Source of the DNA: Raphidiopsis brookii D9
GTDB taxonomy: Bacteria; Cyanobacteriota; Cyanobacteriia; Cyanobacteriales; Nostocaceae
DNA: 32,000 nt
Reading direction: 5' to 3'
Assembly (NCBI GenBank): GCA_000175855.1
Contig: ACYB01000035.1
Location: 300,001 to 332,000, forward strand
In this document: positions 1 through 9,402 of the stretch, piece after piece
How positions within the stretch are numbered: position 1 is the stretch's first letter
How the letters are laid out: each line of letters begins with the position of its first letter
Notes under the pieces: generated by a model
Database searches by the model: none
What the model was told of the DNA's origin: nothing
What the model saw: the letters and a program-made list of their open reading frames with translations, nothing else
Position numbers and translations under genes: made by a program

Positions 1-3000
1 AATCCACCGTAACCAATATCATAGGCCCAACCGTCACCTCCAATAATCCATACACTCTTTTTCACCAGGTAGTCAGCTAGGGATTGGAGATTTTTGACCT
101 GATTGCTGATTTCCGATTCCCCTAGTTCCTCCAGTCTTTGTTTGAGAACTGACACCCGTTCTCTTTGCTCGTAAATATCCGCTTCAGTTTTTTGTTCACA
201 GTTGAGAATTTCACTAACTAAATTTTCCCCTATACCTATATGGGATATATGGGATGCTAATTGTTGTAGCAAATAAGCTGCTGTTTCCTGTTGTTTATTT
301 ATAGAAACCCGAAAACCTAGACCAAATTCCGCATTATCTTCAAATAGACTATTAGACCAAGCTGGACCTCTTCCCTGGGAGTTTTTTGTCCAAGGTGTGG
401 TGGGTAAATTACCACCATATATAGATGAACAACCCGTCGCATTGGCCACAACCATGCGATCGCCAAATAATTGACTCACTAATTTAATATAAGGTGTTTC
501 ACCACATCCTGCACAAGCACCTGAGAACTCAAATAGGGGTTCTTGCATTTGTTGTTGATTAATATGGTGCAAATTTAAACCCCTCCGGTCTGGATTGGGT
601 AAATTCAAGAAGAAATCCCAATTTTCCCGTTCTTGTTCTCTTAATGGTCTTTGCTGTACCATATTGATAGCTTTTTTCTTCGGTTCGGCTTTATTTTTAG
701 CTGGACACACATCAACGCACAAAGCACAACCTGTACAGTCTTCCGCTGCAACCTGAATGGTAAATTTCAATTCATGCCAATCGTGTTCTTTAGCATTAGC
801 GGTTTTAAAAGTAGGAGGTGCATTTACCAGCTCTTCAGGTTGATAAACCTTACTTCTAATTACGCTATGAGGACAAACCATGACGCATTTACCACATTGA
901 ATACAAACTTGGGGATCCCAAACTGGTATTTCCTGAGCAATATTGCGTTTTTCCCATTTTGATGTTCCCGTGGGATATGTACCATCTACAGGTAAACAAC
1001 TAACTGGTAAATCATCCCCTTCTCGAGCTATCATTTTGCCTAACACATCTTTGACGAATATAGGTGCATGATCGGGGATAGTTGATTGTAGGGGGGAGGT
1101 AGCTAATGCTGCTTTTGGGGTAATTTGGTGTAAATTGTCTAGGGTTTTATCCACTGCTTGTATATTCATAGCCACAATTTCTTCACCCTTTTTACCGTAG
1201 GTTTTGCGAATGGATTTTTTAATCTTTTCTATGGCTTCTTCCCTAGGTAAAATACCAGAAACAGCAAAGAAACAGACCTGCATGACGGTGTTAATATATC
1301 CACCCATACCGGAATCTCTGGCAACTTTGTAGGCATTAATTACATAGAATTTGATTTGTTTATTGATAATTTCTGCTTGTAAAGAGTTGGGTAGTTTATC
1401 CCATACTTCTTCTGGGTTATATGGTGAATTGAGGAGAAATGTCCCACCGGGAACAAGGTCTTTCAACAGGGGAAATTTTTCCACAAATTCCCATTGATGA
1501 CAACCTAGGAAATTAGCTTTGGTGATTAAATAAGTGGCACGAATTGGTTGAGAACCAAATCGTAAATGAGAAACGGTAACTGAGCCAGATTTTTTAGAAT
1601 CATAGACGAAGTAACCCTGGGCATAATTGTCAGTTTCCTCGCCAATAATTTTGATTGAGTTTTTGTTAGCACCAACCGTACCATCAGCACCTAAACCATA
1701 GAATATGGCTCTCACAATACTATCCGATTCAATGTTAAATTCAGAATCGTATTCTAAACTACTATGGGTCACATCATCCCTGATACCAACTGTAAAATGG
1801 TTTTTAGTAGATATATTCTGATTTGAATCATTGACTCTGGGGAGTAAATGGTCAAACACAGCTTTTACCATAGCAGGTGTAAATTCTTTTGATGATAGCC
1901 CATATCTACCACCTACCACCTGAATTTTATGCAGTTGGGCTTCTCTTAATGCGGTAACAACATCTATATATAGAGGTTCACCAATTGCTCCCGGTTCCTT
2001 AGTTCTATCTAAAACTGCCATACTTAGGGTGGTTTCTGGTAGAGCATCAATAAACCTCTGGGTGTCAAAAGGTCTATATAGTCTTACTTTAACCACGCCC
2101 ACTTTTTCTCCCTGTTGATTGAGATAGTCCACTGTTTCATGGACTGTTTCACAACCTGAACCCATCAGAACAATTATTCTCTCAGCTTGTGGATCCCCAT
2201 GGTATTCAAACAGTTGATATTGACGACCTGTCATTTGACCAAACTCATCCATTACTCTTTGGGTAATGTCCGGACAAGCTAAGTAAAATGGATTCACTGT
2301 TTCCCTTGCTTGAAAGTAAACATCAGGGTTTTGGGCAGTTCCCCTTAATACTGGATTATCAGGTGTTAAAGCTCTTTTACGATGGGCTATAACTAACTCT
2401 ATGGGAATAAAACTTTTTAACTCCTCATTGGTCAGGATTTCTATTTTATTTACCTCGTGGGAAGTACGAAAACCATCGAAAAAGTGTAGAAATGGTATGC
2501 GAGACTCTAAACTAGTGCGGGTGGAAATCACTGCCAAATCCTGTGCTTCCTGCACTGATGCTGCACATAACATAGCAAAACCAGTACTTCTGGTGGCCAT
2601 GACATCACTATGATCCCCAAAAATTGATAGTGCTTGCGCTGCGAGCGATCGCGCTGCGACGTGGAATACTGTGGAGGTAAGTTCACCAGCAATTTTATAC
2701 ATATTGGGGATCATTAACATTAATCCCTGGGAAGCGGTAAATGTGGTGGTCAGGGAACCGGTTTGTAAAGCTCCATGTACAGCACCCGCAACACCACCTT
2801 CACTTTGTAACTGCACCACTGTGGGAACAATCCCCCAAATATTTGGTCGGTTATCGTTCATCCATCCATCGGAGGATTCGGCCATGGGTGAAGATGGTGT
2901 GATTGGATAGATGGCAATCACCTCATTCAGTGGATAGGTAACTCTAGCAACTGCTTCGTTACCATCTATTATGGCGTGGATTTGATTTTTACCTTTATTT

Positions 3001-3008
3001 TTGGGCAT
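1..3008 (-). CDS. nifJ: pyruvate:ferredoxin (flavodoxin) oxidoreductase, C-terminus beyond window edge
   Basis: Reverse-strand translation from ATG at 3008 gives MPKNKGKNQIHAIIDGNEAVARVTYPLNEVIAIYPITPSSPMAESSDGW...NRPNIWGIVPTVVQLQSEGGVAGAVHGALQTGSLTTTFTASQGLMLMIPNMYKIAGELTS..., typical of the PFOR N-terminal domain. The same frame ends at the window edge with GWAYDIGYGG, typical of the C-terminal TPP-binding domain. It is absent from the ORF track probably because it runs off the window. Confidence 0.95.
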   Translation of the reverse strand, partial: MPKNKGKNQIHAIIDGNEAVARVTYPLNEVIAIYPITPSSPMAESSDGWMNDNRPNIWGIVPTVVQLQSEGGVAGAVHGALQTGSLTTTFTASQGLMLMIPNMYKIAGELTSTVFHVAARSLAAQALSIFGDHSDVMATRSTGFAMLCAASVQEAQDLAVISTRTSLESRIPFLHFFDGFRTSHEVNKIEILTNEELKSFIPIELVIAHRKRALTPDNPVLRGTAQNPDVYFQARETVNPFYLACPDITQRVMDEFGQMTGRQYQLFEYHGDPQAERIIVLMGSGCETVHETVDYLNQQGEKVGVVKVRLYRPFDTQRFIDALPETTLSMAVLDRTKEPGAIGEPLYIDVVTALREAQLHKIQVVGGRYGLSSKEFTPAMVKAVFDHLLPRVNDSNQNISTKNHFTVGIRDDVTHSSLEYDSEFNIESDSIVRAIFYGLGADGTVGANKNSIKIIGEETDNYAQGYFVYDSKKSGSVTVSHLRFGSQPIRATYLITKANFLGCHQWEFVEKFPLLKDLVPGGTFLLNSPYNPEEVWDKLPNSLQAEIINKQIKFYVINAYKVARDSGMGGYINTVMQVCFFAVSGILPREEAIEKIKKSIRKTYGKKGEEIVAMNIQAVDKTLDNLHQITPKAALATSPLQSTIPDHAPIFVKDVLGKMIAREGDDLPVSCLPVDGTYPTGTSKWEKRNIAQEIPVWDPQVCIQCGKCVMVCPHSVIRSKVYQPEELVNAPPTFKTANAKEHDWHELKFTIQVAAEDCTGCALCVDVCPAKNKAEPKKKAINMVQQRPLREQERENWDFFLNLPNPDRRGLNLHHINQQQMQEPLFEFSGACAGCGETPYIKLVSQLFGDRMVVANATGCSSIYGGNLPTTPWTKNSQGRGPAWSNSLFEDNAEFGLGFRVSINKQQETAAYLLQQLASHISHIGIGENLVSEILNCEQKTEADIYEQRERVSVLKQRLEELGESEISNQVKNLQSLADYLVKKSVWIIGGDGWAYDIGYGG

Positions 3009-3251
3009 AATTCCCTAACCTAATTGATTATTGACTTTAGTAAACACTAGTAAACATAGGCGCTTACGCTTAATAGATATATGTAATACCTTGTAGGCAT
3101 TAATACTTCCAGACTCCCTTTTAGGATATGGGAAAAAGTTGGGGAACTTGTGAGGATAAAGAGCAATTTAATGTAAAATCAGTGCGATCGCCCAAATAGA
3201 TTTTATACGGGTTTCGCACCAAAGGATTTCATAGATTTTTACAGGAGATTG

Positions 3252-3509
3252 TTAAGAATGACTATTGATTGTCTCTAATGCTTCTTGTGGGATGGGAATA
3301 GCTGTGGTGACCACTGGGTTGTTTTCTTTAGCGATTCGACTATAAGTACGCTGAGGTATATAGTGAAGCGGATTGTAGCCCATAGATCTTAAAATAAGGA
3401 CACAAGCCCAAGAATATCTACCATTGGAAATAGCAGTAAGTATCTGATTGAGTTCTTCCGGGGTAATCGGACTTTCGAAATTACTAGTGGAGGAAGTGGA
3501 GTAGTTCAT
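3252..3509 (-). CDS. HetP-family (heterocyst commitment-like) small protein, 85 aa
   Basis: Contains [34 protein letters not shown], matching the conserved HetP-family core as I know it. Confidence 0.8.
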   Translation of the reverse strand: MNYSTSSTSNFESPITPEELNQILTAISNGRYSWACVLILRSMGYNPLHYIPQRTYSRIAKENNPVVTTAIPIPQEALETINSHS

Positions 3510-3880
3510 AATAGCCCTTATATTATTTTGGTCGGATATGGGATCTGAATTTTCGCATGGAAGATTTAGCTATCCAAGAGAAGTCTTGATTTAATAGGAA
3601 AACAATTGTGATGATATGTAGAATACTATGTTTTTTGGTTTTTTTTAGCCACTCTGGCAAATTATATCAAAAGTCACAATCCTCAAGCTTATACTTCAAG
3701 AATTATTTTTAGGAAGTAATATTTTCATACTTGAGTCAGATGCAATTACTTTAATAATTTATTTACAATGACACAATATATATATTGTATATCGATCATT
3801 TTGTTGGCAAAAACGTTTACTATTTGAATTTTATTTCTCCTGAAGATAATGATCCTAAAAGAGCAATTTTTGACTAAAAA

Positions 3881-5920
3881 ATGGAAAAGAATCAAGATTT
3901 TATCTACACAGATTGGATTTTAATTGAAACTAATTTTAGATCAGAAAAACTACATAACAGAGAAACTATTTTCACTATTGGTAATGGTTACCTAGGGACA
4001 CGAGGTAGTTTTGAAGAAGGTTATCCTTGTGCTTCACCTGCTACCTTTATTCATGGGGTTTATGATCCTATTCCCCCCCTTCGTACAGAAATGGCTAACT
4101 GTCCAGATTGTCTACCATTAGTAATTACAATTGAGGGCGATCGCTTTGGTCTAGATCAAGGTACAATACTGCAGTACAATCGGGAACTTGATTTGCGTCA
4201 GGGAATTCTGAGTCGTTCTTTACAATGGCGCAGTCCCAGTGGTAAGACTATAGACATCTATTTTGAAAGATTTGCCAGCATGGCGGATCACCATGTATTA
4301 TGTCAACGTTGCACTTTAACTTTCTTAGACTTTCATGGTAGAATTGAATTGCAAAGTGGGATTAATGGGTATCCGGAAAACAGGGGGTTTAATCCTTGGG
4401 AACGATTGGAGCAAGGAAAGCTGGACCAGGGATTCTGGTTACACAGTCGCAATCGTCAAAGTCGACTTGATATGGGAATAGCGGGAAAAATTAGTCTTTT
4501 GGGAGTAGAAGGCCATTCACAAGTCAATGTTGCTCCCAGTTATCCCGGTATTAGTGCAACTTTTAGGTGTTCACCAAATCAGACCATCACCATTGAGAAG
4601 ATCATCACCCTATTTACCTCAAGAGATGTTCCAGATCCACTATTAGCTGCAAAGTCCAAACTCTATTATCTTCCAGACTATGTCACCCTATATAACGCTA
4701 ATCAACAAGAATGGAATCAAATTTGGCAACAAAGTGATATTTTGATTGAGGGGGATAGTAAAGCAGCTTTTGCGGTCCGGTATAATCTTTTTCAAATCCT
4801 AATTGCTGCTTCTAGTTACGATGATAAGGTTAGTATACCAGCTAAAACTATTTCCGCTTTTTTCCACCACAGTTATATATTTTGGGATACAGAAGTTTTT
4901 ATCTTGCCATTTCTGATCCTTACCCAACCAATTATGGCTCGTAATCTACTAAATTATCGCTACCATATTTTAGCAGCGGATTTGGCTAAACCTGATGAAG
5001 TATATCAAAGATTTATGCAAAAAGCAATGTTAGGTTTAGAAGAGATTATGGGAAATACCATAGATGCTATTCACAGCAGTAGCGCAGGTGCTGTTTGGCA
5101 AGCTGTAGTTTTTGGTTTTGGAGGTATTCAATTTATCGATGATCAACCCGTGGCCTATCCCCATTTACCCCCAGGTTGGACAAGACTACAGTTTAAATTA
5201 TACTGGCATGGTCAATGGCATAATTTTGATTTACACCCAGGAATAGTTACTCAAAAAAAATCTCGTCCCATAGGGGGGATTATTTTTGATTTGGATGGAG
5301 TGTTGATAGATACTTGTGAATATCACTACCAGTCTTGGCAAAAATTAGCCAATGAAGAAAAAATACCTTTTGACCGGGAAATTCATGAAAGTCTCCGAGG
5401 AATCTCCGATTGGGATTTTTTAATTTCCATAATAGGCGATCGCCAATATTCAGAATTCCAATTAAGGGAGATAATGGATCGCAGGAATAGATATTATATT
5501 CAACTCATACAAAATATTACCCCTGACAATTTACTCCCGGGGGTCAATTGTCTAATAGATGATCTACGTCGGGTGGGTTTAAAAATAGCTTTAGGTTCCT
5601 CTGGCAAAAATGCTCAATTACTTGTAGAGAAACTAGGAATTGGGGAAGAAATCGATTCTATTACGGATGGTTATAATGTAAGCAAACCAAAACCAGCACC
5701 TGATTTATTTCTATTTGCAGCTCAACAATTAGGAGTTATTCCGCGACAATGTGTAGTATTTGAAGATGGAGCATCAGGTATAGACGCAGCCCTAGCTGCA
5801 GGTATGTGGGTAGTAGGAATAGGATCACCGGAAAGGGTAAAGGGTGCCCACATTGTAGTACCCAATTTGGTGGGTATGACCTGGGAGAAACTGCAAGGGA
5901 AATTACAAGATCTTGCTTGA
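3881..5920 (+). CDS. Glycoside hydrolase family 65-like protein fused to beta-phosphoglucomutase (HAD) domain; apparent in-frame loss of the GH65 catalytic core
   Basis: N-terminus FTIGNGYLGTRGSFEEG...FIHGVYD, then AKTISAFFHHSYIFWDTEVFILPFLILTQPIMARNLLNYRYHIL, then directly ADLAKPDEVYQRFMQKAMLGLEEIMGNTIDAIHSSSAGAVWQAVVFGFGG. C-terminal HAD motifs are FDLDGVLID, GSSGKN, SKPKPAPDLF and FEDGASGIDAA. 679 aa against about 1000 aa expected for this architecture. Confidence 0.85.
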   Translation: MEKNQDFIYTDWILIETNFRSEKLHNRETIFTIGNGYLGTRGSFEEGYPCASPATFIHGVYDPIPPLRTEMANCPDCLPLVITIEGDRFGLDQGTILQYNRELDLRQGILSRSLQWRSPSGKTIDIYFERFASMADHHVLCQRCTLTFLDFHGRIELQSGINGYPENRGFNPWERLEQGKLDQGFWLHSRNRQSRLDMGIAGKISLLGVEGHSQVNVAPSYPGISATFRCSPNQTITIEKIITLFTSRDVPDPLLAAKSKLYYLPDYVTLYNANQQEWNQIWQQSDILIEGDSKAAFAVRYNLFQILIAASSYDDKVSIPAKTISAFFHHSYIFWDTEVFILPFLILTQPIMARNLLNYRYHILAADLAKPDEVYQRFMQKAMLGLEEIMGNTIDAIHSSSAGAVWQAVVFGFGGIQFIDDQPVAYPHLPPGWTRLQFKLYWHGQWHNFDLHPGIVTQKKSRPIGGIIFDLDGVLIDTCEYHYQSWQKLANEEKIPFDREIHESLRGISDWDFLISIIGDRQYSEFQLREIMDRRNRYYIQLIQNITPDNLLPGVNCLIDDLRRVGLKIALGSSGKNAQLLVEKLGIGEEIDSITDGYNVSKPKPAPDLFLFAAQQLGVIPRQCVVFEDGASGIDAALAAGMWVVGIGSPERVKGAHIVVPNLVGMTWEKLQGKLQDLA

Positions 5921-5927
5921 CAACGGT

Positions 5928-6602
5928 TCAAAAATTGATACTATTGACATTGTGGATATCATTGGTTTTGTGTAGAATAAATAGACCTTGATCACCTCCC
6001 CTACCAATTCGGAAATTCTCATCCAGGTAAGTAATATCCAGACTGGGAACTCTTCCTTTAGGATTGTTAGCGGGTGCAACGTTTAATGGGTTGAGCATGG
6101 GAGTGCTAATACCCAAAATTTCATCAATGGCTAAATAACGTTTATCAAAATAGACATTGATACGTTGATTAGGTAAACCGGAGTTGTCCAAATGTGCTTC
6201 AAATCTAGCTGTCACCTTAACACCACCAGAGACAATTTTCCATGGGTGTTTCACCTGAGCAAGATTGAAAAATTCTGCCTGTGCTACATTAATCACCTGA
6301 AATACCTGACCTACCTGTAGTCCAAGGGGGAGAGAATCTAAAACCCTAATTTCTCTAGCTGTGGAGTATTCTAACTTCCAAGCTCCATTGAGCAGATTAA
6401 TAGCATTGCGCAGAGGTTGAGGATTGGGATTCAATTTTTCTAGTTCAACCGTCAACTCCTCCATTCGGGATGCTTGATTTTCCTCGATTTTTATATTGGT
6501 AATTGGGGCACTCATGGACTGACCACCGTTCTGTTTAGTCAGTGATTCACGTAGTGATTCAATTAACTCTTGTAATTGTTCCTTAACTATTTGATAATTC
6601 AT
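5928..6602 (-). CDS. PAP/fibrillin family (plastid-lipid-associated-like) protein
   Basis: LLNGAWKLEYSTAREIRVLDSLPLGLQVGQVFQ...VTARFEAHL...INVYFDKRYLAIDE; typical cyanobacterial PAP/fibrillin pattern. Confidence 0.85.
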   Translation of the reverse strand: MNYQIVKEQLQELIESLRESLTKQNGGQSMSAPITNIKIEENQASRMEELTVELEKLNPNPQPLRNAINLLNGAWKLEYSTAREIRVLDSLPLGLQVGQVFQVINVAQAEFFNLAQVKHPWKIVSGGVKVTARFEAHLDNSGLPNQRINVYFDKRYLAIDEILGISTPMLNPLNVAPANNPKGRVPSLDITYLDENFRIGRGGDQGLFILHKTNDIHNVNSINF

Positions 6603-6864
6603 ATAATAAGTTAACTTAGGGAAAAATAGGGAATTGCCAAAACTCCCATACTTATAAGCGAGAGATGAAGCATCCCAGGACAGTTCTAACCGACTTTTTA
6701 TATATTGACATTTTATCTAGAACATGTCAATGTGAGCTTGTCCTAAGTTGACAATTTAATAGACAAACATTTACACTCATAGACAAAACCATGAGTGGCT
6801 TTATGTTTAAACCTCATGAATTTGCTAAAAAAATCGGAGTTTCAGGTTAAGAAATCCTAGTTTG

Positions 6865-7650
6865 TTAGCATCCCAAATACGCTTGCAAAACTTGCGGGTT
6901 AGTCTGAATTTCTGCAGGAGTGCCAACAGCTAAATTCTGACCTTCTGCTAGTACCCAAACACAGTCACATAGGGACATGATCACATCCATATTATGTTCA
7001 ATAATTAAAAAAGTTAGTTTTTCTTCCCGATTCCACTTAATAATGCGATCGCATATATCATCTATTAGTTTAGGGTTTACCCCAGCTGCTGGTTCATCTA
7101 ATAGTATTAGTTTAGGGTTTGTCATTAAGGCCCTTCCCATTTCCAATAATTTGCGCTGTCCACCGGATAGACTACCTGCATAATCATGAGCCTTGTGTGC
7201 TAAACCGACGGATGTCAACAAAGACATTGCTCTTTGGGTGATTTGTTTTTCTTGTTTGAGGACTATATGATGCTGGAATTGCACTCGCCAAAAATTCTCA
7301 CCCGTTTGTTTTTGTCCTGCTAACAACATGTTTTCCAGGACTGATAAACGGGAAAGGGTTTTAGCTACTTGAAAAGTGCGAGTTAGACCTTGTTGAGCAA
7401 TTTGAAAGGGTTGTAAGTTATGAATTGGTTCCCCATTAAAAATCACTCTCCCCCGATCTGGACGGATGAAGTTGGATAGTAAATTAAAGAGAGTTGTTTT
7501 ACCAGCACCATTAGGACCTATGAGTCCAGTAATACTACCCTGGTTAACTTCAATATTGGCATTTTTTACAGCTTGAACTCCACCAAAAGTTTTACAAAGT
7601 CCAGTTGCTGACAATAGGGGGAGTTGGGGGATTTTTATACTAGTTACCAC
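6865..7650 (-). CDS. livG: Branched-chain/neutral amino-acid ABC transporter ATP-binding protein (LivG/NatA type)
   Basis: Walker A GPNGAGKTT, signature LSGGQRKLLEMGRALMTNPKLILLDEPAAGVNP, H-loop IIEHNMDVIM; the AAGVNP and RTFQ patterns are LivG-like. Confidence 0.85.
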   Translation of the reverse strand: MVTSIKIPQLPLLSATGLCKTFGGVQAVKNANIEVNQGSITGLIGPNGAGKTTLFNLLSNFIRPDRGRVIFNGEPIHNLQPFQIAQQGLTRTFQVAKTLSRLSVLENMLLAGQKQTGENFWRVQFQHHIVLKQEKQITQRAMSLLTSVGLAHKAHDYAGSLSGGQRKLLEMGRALMTNPKLILLDEPAAGVNPKLIDDICDRIIKWNREEKLTFLIIEHNMDVIMSLCDCVWVLAEGQNLAVGTPAEIQTNPQVLQAYLGC

Positions 7651-7958
7651 AGTGATTTTCAGTTTCGAGTTAGTCTTGTTGTTAGCTTTTATCCACTGGT
7701 GGGAAATATCAGACGTTGGTCATGGGGAGTCAATTATATGGATATATGGGGGGTATATGGGGACACAGATTTTTACTATATAATTATGACATACAAGTAT
7801 ATCATCGTCAAATTCATCTGTCAACTCCCAGCAGTTCTAAATTTGAAGTAGTTTCCTAGCAATACTTTATACAATTTTCTAGAATTTCCGCGAGCTGACC
7901 AGCAAACCAGAGTTTAGAATGAAGATGATTAAGACTAAAAGCCGTAATTTTTACGCCC

Positions 7959-8561
7959 ATGAATACCCTAGATGCAATTGAGCAAAGACGATCAGTTAAG
8001 CATTACGATGCCAGCCATAGCATGACTGAAGCAGAAATTCACCAGTTAATGCAATTAGCGCTGCTTTCCCCTACTTCCTTCAATATCCAAAATTGGCGTT
8101 TTGTGGTGGTAACTGATCCCCAACTCCGTCAAGCCTTGCGGGCCGCATCCTTCAACCAAGCCCAAGTCACAGACGCATCTATTACCGTGATTTTATGTGC
8201 CGATCTGGATGCAGCTATTAAAGAACCAGGACGGTATTGGCGTACTGTCCCCCCAGAAGTCCAGGAAAGACTGATACCCATGATTTCCGGCTTTTATGAG
8301 GGAAAACAACAAATAAAGCGGGATGAAGCTATGCGATCATGTGGGATTGCGGCTCAAACGTTGATGTTAGCAGCAAAGGCTATGGGCTACGATAGCTGCC
8401 CGATGGTGGGCTTTGATGCTCAGAAGGTGGCAGAGTTAATTAAACTGCCAGAGGATCACATTATTACAATGATGATTACCATTGGCAAGGCCCTTAAACC
8501 GGCTCAACCCCGTGGTGGTCAATTGCCCTATGAGGAAGTTGTGATCAGTAACACGTTTTAG
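7959..8561 (+). CDS. Nitroreductase family protein
   Basis: MNTLDAIEQRRSVKHYDASHSMTEAEIHQLMQLALLSPTSFNIQNWRFVVVTD...GIAAQTLMLAAKAMGYDSCPMVGFD; classical nitroreductase fold motifs. Confidence 0.9.
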   Translation: MNTLDAIEQRRSVKHYDASHSMTEAEIHQLMQLALLSPTSFNIQNWRFVVVTDPQLRQALRAASFNQAQVTDASITVILCADLDAAIKEPGRYWRTVPPEVQERLIPMISGFYEGKQQIKRDEAMRSCGIAAQTLMLAAKAMGYDSCPMVGFDAQKVAELIKLPEDHIITMMITIGKALKPAQPRGGQLPYEEVVISNTF

Positions 8562-8759
8562 TTTATCCACAGGGATATAAAATTACTGGGTTCCGCTGTT
8601 GTTCAGCTACACTGTATAATATAAACTAAATCAATCATGCGATCCCTCCCCTTAAATTAAGTGGAGGGTTAGTATCTGAATGAAAATATCTGGGTATATC
8701 TTGGCAAATCTTCGGGAATACCCATATAATAAAATGTATACTATATCAGAAACAACAAT

Positions 8760-9401
8760 ATGGAAGACATTCAATTAGTGACCATCAGCATTGGAGATGC
8801 TGCCAAAGAATTAGGAGTTTCAGTAGACACAATTAGGCGTTGGGCTGACCAAGAAAAAATTCGATATGAACGCGCTCCCAGTGGACATAGACGCTTCTAT
8901 CTAGCAGACATCAAACGAATTACACCACGAGACTTGAAACAATTAGATGACCGTATAACAATTAATTACGCAAGAGTTTCAAGTCATGATCACAAGAATG
9001 ATTTAACAAGACAAATCCAAGTCCTAGAAGCTTTCAGTGGTTCTAATGGTTGGCAGTTTGAAACCATTCAAGATTTGGGAAGTGGTTTGAACTACAACAA
9101 GAAAGGATTGAAAAAGTTACTGACTCGAATACTCAAAGGCGATGTAGGCAGGTTAGTACTAACTCACAAAGACAGATTGTTACGATTTGGTGCGGAGTTA
9201 GTATTTGCAATCTGCGAGGATATGGAAACCGAAGTTGTGATTATCAACAAGTCTACAGAAGAATTGAGTTTTGAACAGGAATTAGTCCAAGATATGATGG
9301 AGTTAGTAACTGTCTTTAGTGCGCGTCTTTATGGCTCTAGAAGTCCTAAAAACAAAAAGTTGATTGATGGAATATCAAGTGTAATTGATGAGGTGAAATG
9401 A
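8760..9401 (+). CDS. tnpA: IS607-family serine recombinase / transposase TnpA
   Basis: MerR-like HTH (ISIGDAAKELGVSVDTIRRWADQEKI...SGHRRFYLADI) followed by a serine-recombinase domain with catalytic YARVSSHDHKNDLTRQ and RLLRFG. Confidence 0.92.
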   Translation: MEDIQLVTISIGDAAKELGVSVDTIRRWADQEKIRYERAPSGHRRFYLADIKRITPRDLKQLDDRITINYARVSSHDHKNDLTRQIQVLEAFSGSNGWQFETIQDLGSGLNYNKKGLKKLLTRILKGDVGRLVLTHKDRLLRFGAELVFAICEDMETEVVIINKSTEELSFEQELVQDMMELVTVFSARLYGSRSPKNKKLIDGISSVIDEVK

Positions 9402-9402
9402 T

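Noticed and set aside
651-962. Plus-strand ORF of 103 aa (also those at 2401-2613 and 2671-2910)
   Set aside because: All lie antisense to the well-supported nifJ coding region and have no recognisable protein character; shadow ORFs.
5722-5991. ORFs 5722-5931 (-) and 5806-5991 (+)
   Set aside because: They overlap the phosphomutase domain coding sequence; no family resemblance.
7624-7851. Plus-strand 75 aa ORF between livG-like and nitroreductase genes
   Set aside because: Overlaps the start region of the ABC ATPase gene and encodes an irregular aromatic-rich sequence with no coding signature.
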